Source: Lama guanicoe
Taxonomy: Eukaryota
Assembly (NCBI GenBank): GCA_013239625.1
Contig: MU053504.1
Location: forward strand, 1,490,001-1,554,000
Direction of reading: 5' to 3'
DNA: 64,000 nucleotides
Below are positions 12,045 to 19,810 of this stretch, in pieces. Within the stretch, counting starts at the first letter, position 1; every line of letters starts with the position of its first letter. The position numbers and the translations under genes were made by a program. The notes under the pieces are model-generated. The model did no database searches and had not been told where the DNA came from. It was given only the letters and a program-made list of their open reading frames with translations.

Positions 12045-12056
12045 TGCTGCCCACAG

Positions 12057-12146
12057 GTGCAGCCGTCCTCGCAGCAAGGAAAGGGCTGTCGTGGTGGCCT
12101 GGGAGAGGCGGCTAATGGTGGTGGGCGATGCACCTGAGAGCATCCA
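12057..12146 (+). CDS. VPS16: VPS16 exon 9
   Basis: cag|G TGC AGC...ATC CA|gtatcctt; [29 protein letters not shown](Q); 90 nt; U12-type donor. Confidence 0.95.
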
Positions 12147-12235
12147 GTATCCTTGGAGGGCTGCCAAGGGTTGGGGGGATGATAGCCTGCCCTACCCCAT
12201 CTCTTCGTGCTCTTGGGAACCTTGACCAAGCTTGG
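12147..12235 (+). other. VPS16: U12-type (minor) intron 9 of VPS16 with GT...GG termini
   Basis: 5' site GTATCCTT; branch site CCTTGAC 12220-12226; the frame is only restored if the intron ends ...cttgg at 12235. Confidence 0.88.
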
Positions 12236-12330
12236 GTTTGTGTTGGATGAAGACTCCTACCTGGTGCCTGAGCTGGATGGGGTCCGCATCTTCTCCCGCA
12301 GTACCCACGAGTTCCTGCACGAGGTTCCAG
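12236..12330 (+). CDS. VPS16: VPS16 exon 10
   Basis: G TTT GTG...CCA G|gtgag; [31 protein letters not shown]; 95 nt; non-canonical acceptor. Confidence 0.92.
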
Positions 12331-12483
12331 GTGAGGCCCTCACAAGGGCACTGGGTGACCCAGGGCAGGGGCCTCTGGGTACCACGGCTGCCCTGGGCTA
12401 GTGCCGCAGAACAGGATCAGGGCATTGAGGCAGGGCTGAGGCTTCCTGCCCCCTTCTCCTACTTACCAACTCCATTCCTCCAG

Positions 12484-12560
12484 TGGCCAGCGAGGAGATC
12501 TTTAAAATTGCCTCGATGGCCCCTGGAGCGCTGCTGTTGGAGGCCCAGAAGGAATATGAG
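12484..12560 (+). CDS. VPS16: VPS16 exon 11
   Basis: cag|...|gtaaa; [26 protein letters not shown]; 77 nt. Confidence 0.95.
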
Positions 12561-12985
12561 GTAAAGCCCTGGCTTTTCCCCCGGGCCCCAGGATGCTCTC
12601 CTTCCCCTCCCCCTTCCCCTGATGGGCCCAGCCCCTGCATCCAGCTGCCACCTGTCAGGACAGGGGTCCAGCTAGGACGCTGGGCTGGGCTGGGCTAGGG
12701 AGGGTTGGCTCAGGTAGATGGAAAAGACATAGTGTCCTCTGTGTGGTGATAGGGAGGGGCAGGGAGCCCCCACTATTCCCAGTCTAGGCACAAGTCAGGG
12801 CTACTATTGAGAGGTCTCAGGGCCCCCCATAGGCTATGGTGGGCTGATATGGGGTGGGGTGTGGGCTCCGACCTCTGCAGCCCGCCAGACTAGCCCATTT
12901 GAATCACAGCCCCAGAGGGGTGGGGGCCAGACTGGCGGTGTTCCCTGCCATGACACATTGTCTCTTGCACCCTCCCTCACCCCAG

Positions 12986-13117
12986 AAAGAGAGCCAGAAG
13001 GCTGATGAGTACCTGCGGGAGATCCAGGAGCTGGGGCAGCTGACCCAGGCCGTGCAGCAGTGCATCGAGGCCGCAGGACACGAGCACTGGCCAGACATGC
13101 AGAAGAGTCTGCTCAGG
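12986..13117 (+). CDS. VPS16: VPS16 exon 12
   Basis: cag|...|gtcgg; [44 protein letters not shown]; 132 nt. Confidence 0.94.
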
Positions 13118-13212
13118 GTCGGCCCAGGAGGCAGGGCTGGAGGGAGGGCCGCTGGGCAGGGGTGGGCTGGCAGAGGGGAAGCTCTCCTCTCTTGCCCTCT
13201 GGCTCTTCTCAG

Positions 13213-13340
13213 GCGGCCTCGTTTGGAAAGTGTTTCCTCGACAGATTTCCACCAGACAGCTTCGTGCGCATGTGTCAGGACCTACGTGTGCTCAATGCTG
13301 TTCGAGACTATCACATCGGGATCCCCCTCACCTATAGCCA
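13213..13340 (+). CDS. VPS16: VPS16 exon 13
   Basis: cag|...AGC CA|gtatcccc; [42 protein letters not shown](Q); 128 nt. Confidence 0.95.
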
Positions 13341-13468
13341 GTATCCCCAAGTGTGCTGGAAGGGTATTTACTGCCGTGGGTGGGGGGAAGTGGCTGGAGA
13401 TGACGCCTAAAGGTCCTTGGCACGTAGGGCTCGTTCCCCTGCTGGAGCCTTAACCGAATGAAATACAG
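13341..13468 (+). other. VPS16: U12-type (minor) intron 13 of VPS16, GT-AG subtype
   Basis: 5' site GTATCCCC; branch site CCTTAAC 13448-13454, branch A 15 nt from the intron end; no polypyrimidine tract (gaatgaaatacag). Confidence 0.9.
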
Positions 13469-13504
13469 ATACAAGCAGCTCACCATCCAGGTGCTGCTGG
13501 ACAG
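13469..13504 (+). CDS. VPS16: VPS16 exon 14
   Basis: cag|A TAC AAG...GAC AG|gtaca; [11 protein letters not shown](R); 36 nt. Confidence 0.93.
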
Positions 13505-13691
13505 GTACAGCAAGCCCAAGGGTGCTGGGAGGGGCTGCAGCGGGCAGCATTACAGCGCCGGACGTGCTCCTGTGGTCACTGCTCCTGACCCCTTTCCTTT
13601 GGATCTGGGAGGCCCGAGTTCGAGGCTGGGGCCACTCTGCCCTCTTTCTACCCACCTCACCCCCGGGCCCTTTACCCCCCTTGCCTGCCAG

Positions 13692-13800
13692 GCTTGTGTT
13701 GCGGAGGCTTTATCCTCTGGCCATTCAGATATGTGAGTACCTGCGGCTTCCTGAAGTGCAGGGCGTCAGCAGGATCCTGGCCCACTGGGCCTGCTATAAG
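13692..13800 (+). CDS. VPS16: VPS16 exon 15
   Basis: cag|...|gtgag; [36 protein letters not shown]; 109 nt. Confidence 0.95.
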
Positions 13801-13964
13801 GTGAGGATGTAGGACAGAGTTCAGTGGCATTTAGGGGCTTCTAGACCCTGGTGAGGTGTAGCAAATATGAAGTGTAGACTGAAAGGGTGGGTCCTGATGG
13901 AGGCAGTGGGAGTGGGGGCTAGGAGATGAGAGCCAGGTGTGTGTGACACCCCTTCCCTCTGCAG

Positions 13965-14099
13965 GTACAGCAGAAAGACGTGTCTGACGAGGATGTTGCG
14001 CGGGCCATTAACCAGAAGCTGGGGGACACGCCTGGCGTGTCTTACTCAGACATTGCCGCACGAGCCTATGGCTGTGGCCGCACGGAACTGGCCATCAAG
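13965..14099 (+). CDS. VPS16: VPS16 exon 16
   Basis: cag|...|gtagg; [45 protein letters not shown]; 135 nt. Confidence 0.95.
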
Positions 14100-14191
14100 G
14101 TAGGTGCCTAGCCTTCCCCAGATGCTCTGATGTGGGTAGTAGATGCCCCCAGGCCAGCTCCTTCCCGCTGTGCCTTCCTCCCCACCCGCAG

Positions 14192-14300
14192 CTGCTGGAG
14201 TATGAGCCACGCTCCGGGGAGCAGGTACCCCTTCTGCTAAAGATGAAGAGGAGCAAACTGGCACTAAGCAAGGCCATCGAGAGTGGGGACACCGACCTGG
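14192..14300 (+). CDS. VPS16: VPS16 exon 17
   Basis: cag|...|gtgag; [36 protein letters not shown]; 109 nt. Confidence 0.95.
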
Positions 14301-14394
14301 GTGAGCAGGGTTTGGGTGAGGGCAAGGCTGGGGTCTCTGAGGAGGGCAAGTGGTAGTAGGGCTGGAACCCCCATCCCACCTCATCATCCCATAG

Positions 14395-14492
14395 TGTTCA
14401 CGGTGCTGCTGCACCTGAAGAATGAGCTGAATCGAGGAGATTTTTTCATGACGCTTCGGAACCAGCCCATGGCCCTGAGTCTGTACCGACAG
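14395..14492 (+). CDS. VPS16: VPS16 exon 18
   Basis: tag|...|gtgtg; [33 protein letters not shown]; 98 nt. Confidence 0.95.
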
Positions 14493-14575
14493 GTGTGTGC
14501 GGTGGGCAGGGTGGGACTGGAGGCTCCGAGCCCCTGAGTTGGCCTTGCTGACTGCCCGCTTGCCCGTTGCCCCAG

Positions 14576-14683
14576 TTCTGTAAGCATCAGGAGCTGGAGA
14601 CGCTGAAGGACCTTTACAATCAGGATGACAACCATCAGGAGCTGGGCAGCTTCCACATCCGAGCCAGCTACGCTGCAGAGGAG
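14576..14683 (+). CDS. VPS16: VPS16 exon 19
   Basis: cag|...|gtctg; [36 protein letters not shown]; 108 nt. Confidence 0.95.
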
Positions 14684-14991
14684 GTCTGAGGGCCACGGGG
14701 CGTGTGGGGCCCACGGGCTGGCTTCTCCTCCAGGTGTCTGGGCCTTGAATGTGGTGCACACCCCATCTGATCCTCACTGTTGAGGAAGAGCCTGAGAAGA
14801 CATGAGGCCAGGATGGGGGTTGGTCCCAGAGGAGCCGGCCTTCCTGCTAGGGACACTAGAGCAGTGTGCCCAGCGGGTGAGGCTGGCACTGGCGACCCTG
14901 GGCACAGGGATGGGGAGAAAACCATCACCTAGGTGGGGAAAGCTGAGGTGCTTTGTGCTGTGAGCTCAGGTGTCCCTTCTTGTCCTGGTAG

Positions 14992-15069
14992 CGCATTGAG
15001 GGGCGAGTCGCAGCTCTGCAGACAGCAGCCGACGCCTTCTACAAGGCCAAGAATGAGTTTGCAGCCAAG
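14992..15069 (+). CDS. VPS16: VPS16 exon 20
   Basis: tag|...|gtctg; [26 protein letters not shown]; 78 nt. Confidence 0.95.
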
Positions 15070-15164
15070 GTCTGGCCCCTTCTTTTCTGCGAGCCTCTTC
15101 TTCTCCCCTCCCAGTATCCCCCCATTGTCTCTCTCATTCCTGTCCTGCCTCATCCCTGTCCCAG

Positions 15165-15334
15165 GCCACAGAGGATCAAATGCGGCTCCTACGGCTGCAG
15201 CGACGCCTAGAAGACGAGCTGGGGGGCCAGTTCTTAGACCTGTCTCTACATGACACGGTCACCACCCTCATCCTTGGCGGCCAGAACAAGCGCGCGGAGC
15301 AGCTGGCGCGTGACTTCCGCATCCCTGACAAGAG
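15165..15334 (+). CDS. VPS16: VPS16 exon 21
   Basis: cag|...|gtagg; [56 protein letters not shown](R); 170 nt. Confidence 0.95.
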
Positions 15335-15416
15335 GTAGGAGAGGGCCCGGTCGGCGTGTAGTTCCTGGGATCCCCTGGCCCCTCCTGCAGCACCTCCACG
15401 CCCAGCTTCCCCACAG

Positions 15417-15513
15417 GCTCTGGTGGCTGAAACTGACCGCCCTGGCACATCTGGAAGACTGGGAAGAGCTAGAGAAGTTTTCTAAGAGCAAGAAATCACC
15501 CATCGGCTACCTG
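15417..15513 (+). CDS. VPS16: VPS16 exon 22
   Basis: cag|...|gtgagt; [32 protein letters not shown]; 97 nt. Confidence 0.95.
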
Positions 15514-15854
15514 GTGAGTAGGGCCCACCCTCCACCCCACCTCCAGTGAGGGAGGGTCCTCCTGGGGAGAGGACCAGGCTCAGAGACAGGCTGATGGCCT
15601 GTTCACGCATCTGTTCAGCTACTCCACAGAGTTAGTGGGTGCTTCCTGTGTATGCACGTTTGTGGGCCAGGCACGCGGGAGGTGGGCCCAAGTCTGCCTG
15701 CAACTGTTGGCGGTAGGGAGAATCAGCTGCTCTTCCCAAGGAGGACCATGGGGGACACCATGTGCCTGAAGGAAAGTCCTGTTGGAGTGGTGGTGGAGGG
15801 GCACAGGGAGGAAACATTTGCGAGGCAGTGGAGGATGTTGACAGGTTGGTTTTC

Positions 15855-15904
15855 TGTGGCAGGCGGTTCAGAGGTGTGGCAGGTGGTTCAGAGGTGTGGC
15901 AGGT
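15855..15904 (+). repeat. 20-bp tandem repeat x2.5 (tgtggcaggYggttcagagg) in VPS16 intron 22
   Basis: Directly visible; one mismatch between the two full units. Confidence 0.85.
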
Positions 15905-16236
15905 AGTGGGGCTAAGGGCAGCCTGGGAGGACAGCTAATGCCTGCTGTGAGTGGGTAGCAGTGGATGGTGGAGTGGATGCATGGAATTGTTGGGTTTCAG
16001 AGCTCCAACAGATCTTTGGTTTAGGTCGTTTCTGCCCTAAGAATGTTAGGATCACAATACTGTTGTGTGTGTGTAACTGTTGTATGTGTATTTTGGGCAG
16101 GGTTGAGGGGTATAATGTGGGGTATAATGTAAGGTATACATACTGAAGGGTATAGTGTAGCTACTGGGCTTTGTTCATAAGAGAGGACAGGAGGGCTCTG
16201 CCTTATCTTTTCCCTTCACCCTCTCCCCCTCCTAAG

Positions 16237-16340
16237 CCCTTTGTGGAAATCTGCATGAAGCAACACAACAAATACGAGGCCAAGAAGTATGCCTCCCGTG
16301 TGGGTCCTGAGCAGAAGGTCAAGGCATTGCTTCTCGTTGG
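16237..16340 (+). CDS. VPS16: VPS16 exon 23
   Basis: aag|CCC TTT...GTT GG|gtgcgt; [34 protein letters not shown](G); 104 nt. Confidence 0.94.
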
Positions 16341-16455
16341 GTGCGTCTGCCGAGGGCCCCGAGGGTGCTGGGTGGCTGAGCCAATGGGCTGATGAGAGGC
16401 ACGGTTTGTGCCCCTGGGCAGCCCAACAACGTCTCCCCTCCTGCTCAAATCCCAG

Positions 16456-16600
16456 GGATGTGGCTCAGGCTGCAGACGTGGCCATTGAGCACCGGAACGA
16501 GGCAGAGATGAGCCTCGTATTGTCCCACTGCACCGGAGCCACGGACGGGGCCACAGCCGACAAGATTCAGCGGGCCCGGGCACAGGCCCAAAAGAAGTAA
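16456..16600 (+). CDS. VPS16: VPS16 exon 24 (terminal), stop TAA 16598-16600
   Basis: cag|G GAT GTG...; [47 protein letters not shown]; exons 2-24 total 2467 coding nt. Confidence 0.96.
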
Positions 16601-16722
16601 GGGGCCTGTCTACACATGTCCCCGAGCCCTGGGCCTGGCAGAAACGTCACTGCTCATCCATCTCTTCTTCCAGAACAAAGTTGAGGAGCTGGGGTGTGGT
16701 GGGAGCTGGGGTTCTAGTTGTA

Positions 16723-16728
16723 AATAAA
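16723..16728 (+). terminator. VPS16: VPS16 polyadenylation signal AATAAA
   Basis: 122 nt after the stop, followed by a GT-rich element (cttgtattgtg ~16748-16758); implies a 3'UTR of about 150 nt. Confidence 0.85.
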
Positions 16729-17959
16729 GCTGAAACATTTTAGAGTGCTTGTATTGTGCAATCCAGCCTGAGCGAAAACAAGCTGGAGGCAGAACCATCC
16801 AGACACCTCAGGAGCTGAGGGCTCCTGTGTCGGGCTGGAGAGGAAGCTTCTCCAGCGATAGTTACAAGAGACCTGCCCCCCTCCACAGTTACTAAGGAAA
16901 GTCCTCACAAGCACACAGGCCCTAGGAAGATTATGGGGAGAGATGACATAAAATGTAATGAACACCAAGTCATCAAGAACCGCACTGAAAAGCATTGCAC
17001 GTGTACACACACAAACACACACACGAAACTTGCTAAGCACTTTAGCTCTGTTTTCATTTATTTCACAAGACAGCCCTGGGAGACAGGTAATACCACCCCA
17101 TCGTAAGAGAAAATTAGGGATTGAGGACTGGGGAGCAAGTATGTGGCAAGACTGGGATTTGAAACCATATTGGACATTTGGGGGCCTTAGAGCTGCTCCT
17201 TGGCTGTTGTGGTAACAGAGGAGGGGTGACTCAGCCGGACCTGAAACAGGGCCCTCTGAGCCGGGGATCCTGAGGCTAGGCCCCTGGTGTGCACTCCAGT
17301 GAGGAGTGGAGGACTGATGAGAGGTGTGCAGCTGCTGCATTGGAGGGATCAGGGAAACCCTGCCTACTGGACAGTGGGGAGCAATTCCTGAGTGGTCTCT
17401 GGGCTGAAAAGAAAAAGAGGATGGCATTCTCCTTTAGGCAATTCTGCCAAGGAAGGGCTGCAGACTGGCGACCCTTGGCTCCACCCTCCCCCCCGATGGA
17501 GGCTTCACCCCTAGTCAGTAGGAATGCCTTCATGGCCTTCAGGGCTCCCAGTCTGTAGCCTCAGTCTACACTCCAGTGCACCTTGGCTTCATGCCCCAGC
17601 ATCCCTACCTAACACCGAGGGCATTGTCTTTCTTCTTGTGGCCCCCTTTAGTCTAGAAGGAAGACAAAGGAGGAAACCAAAGCCCAGAGAGAAGGCAGGC
17701 CTCCCTGGAACTTCTGGCTTCCCCTCTTTAACGCCCCTAGGACTATGCTTAAAAAGAGCGAGAGACTCAGCTTGGTAAGGTGTTTCTTTTTCTTCCCCTA
17801 CCTGGTTTGTAAATGTAAATTTGTGAAAATCCTGCAAGGGGATATAAAGCAAACTGTAAGACAACCATGTATTATGCTCACCTCTTATTATATCGTTCAA
17901 GAATTTGAACAAGATAAAACAAGGGATAGTGCGCCTGCCCCACAAGGTCTAGGCCATCA

Positions 17960-18330
17960 GCTGAAAGACAGGTTGGGGGTGACTTGGCAGTGGGGCCTGG
18001 AATCTAAAGGCTTGTTAACTCACATGTCTGGCAGTCGAAGCTGGTTGTTGACCTTAGTTCTGCCAGCCAGAACACCTGCAACCTGCTCCACCTCACAGCA
18101 TAGCAGCCAGGTCCCAAGGACAGCATCCCAGGAGAGCCAAGCAGATAGGTACTGCCTTCCCTAACCTAGTTTTGGAAGTCACACAGTATTACACCTGTGT
18201 TTGCCAAGGCAGTCACACAGGCCTACCCCACCCAATTCCAAGGGGAAATAGATTCCACCTCTTAATAGGGAAGTAGCCAGGCTCTGGAAGAGGGTGTAGA
18301 ACTGGAAATGTGGTCAGTTTTTGGAATCAC
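17960..18330. mobile_element. MaLR (MLT1-like) LTR remnant
   Basis: MLT1-like phrases (ctcacatgtctggcagt...ggaagtcacacagtattac...aattccaaggggaaatagattccacctcttaatagg). Confidence 0.55.
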
Positions 18331-19599
18331 AATCTGGTACTACCTATAAATCTTCTCTCTCAGAATCAACAGACACCTGGGGAAAGGAAAGGAGATTCTC
18401 AATGCTGGAGATTGGAGGAGAATTTTTTTTCCTCCTCAGTCTTGGCCTCACAATTCTTCACTGTCCTGGTAGCTCTTCCACGCCTTTAACAAATGTTTTC
18501 TCCAGCTTTCCTAACGAAAAGAGGGTTGGTACCATCCAGTCCTCTCTCTGGAAGGGGGGCGCTGGGCAGTGCATTTAGAATGTACACAATAAAAAGCCTA
18601 TGTCCCCAAAGTAACATACAGCGTAGTTACTCATGTGATATGCGAACATTAAACACTGTACACATGAACTTTAAGAAATATGTGAGAAATAACAATAATG
18701 ACATTTATACAAATAGTGTTTACAACTTTATACAAAGTGTGTGTGCCTGTGGAGAAGCACTGGAATTTTCCCTGGGAAGAGTTGTTTGAAAATTAAAAGC
18801 AGTTTTGTATAGTCTCTTGTAGAGTTAAACATTGCTTCCCACCCCCACCCCCACATTTTATCATGAAAACTTCCAAATATACAGCTAAGTTGAAAGAATT
18901 TACAATGAACACCTGTATACCCACCACCTGGAGTCTACCAGTAACATTTTACTAATATGCTTAATTTTCATACATCTGTCTGTCCATCTGTCCATCTTAT
19001 TAATCCATCTTATTTTTGATGCTTTTCAAAGTAAGTTGCAGTCATTCATTTACCTCCCTCTGAATACTTCTGAATGTATTTCAGTAATTAGAATGCAGTT
19101 CATTGTGTGCTTTTTTTTAAAGACAAAAATCTGTATGTGATGCTCAGATCCTAACTACGTTTGCTGAGTTTTGACAAATGCATACACTTACAGTGATTAT
19201 TTTAAAAACAACTTGTTCGAGCCTCACCTGGAGCACCAAAAAATAAAAAACAACTAGTATTTATTTTTCAAATCCTCAGTTGCTCAACCATAATTAGTGT
19301 AAAATGCCTTTCTCTACCTTGAGTGATTTGTACAACAGGCTTGGACCTACAGTCACAGGTAGAGTAATCTTGGCCAATGGAAGGAACTAGGATTGAGCCT
19401 GGTACCAGGATTTGGGGCCTCGGGTCAGAGAATTTGGAAGCATTTCTTCTGGTTTAGGATATCATTGGCAGCCCTGGAGTGAGAGTCAGGGCAAAGGTTC
19501 CTATAAGCCACCTTCTCAGGGTAAGGAGGCTGCAGTCTCTTTTGGGTATAAAACAGCCAAATGACTCTTGGGTATAGACAGTGAATGGCCTGGGAAGGC

Positions 19600-19810
19600 A
19601 CCTGGCTCTCATTTACTTCAACCTGCTATCTTACTGCCTTGCTTTATTTTCATTACAGCACTTAGGAAATGTTCTTGTTCATTTGTTTATTGTCTGTCTC
19701 CCCATCCAGAATGTAAGTTCCTGAGAGCAGAGACCTTTTCTGTTTTATTCCCTGCTGTGTCCAGCACATGGTCTGCACTCAATAAGTATTTGTTGAGTGA
19801 ATGACTCATT
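19600..19810. mobile_element. L2 3'-end remnant
   Basis: tttattgtctgtctcccc...gaatgtaagttcctgagagcagaga...cactcaataagtatttgttgagtgaatga, typical of the L2 terminus. Confidence 0.75.

Noticed and set aside
12229..12230. AG as the canonical acceptor of intron 9
   Set aside because: Only 5 nt from the branch A and causes a +5 frameshift with a stop in exon 12; at most a minor unproductive site
12854..13453. 199-aa ORF as a stand-alone gene
   Set aside because: It is VPS16 exon 12 read through flanking introns, then out of frame in exon 13
14046..14777. 243-aa antisense ORF over VPS16 exons 16-19
   Set aside because: Shadow of GC-rich coding and intronic sequence; low-complexity Pro/Gly/Arg content and no recognisable domain
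15855..15904. Direct repeats suggestive of a CRISPR-like array
   Set aside because: Simple tandem duplication with no spacers, in a mammalian intron
16714..17427. 237-aa minus-strand ORF downstream of VPS16
   Set aside because: Runs through a MIR remnant and a CA repeat; no recognisable homology or gene structure
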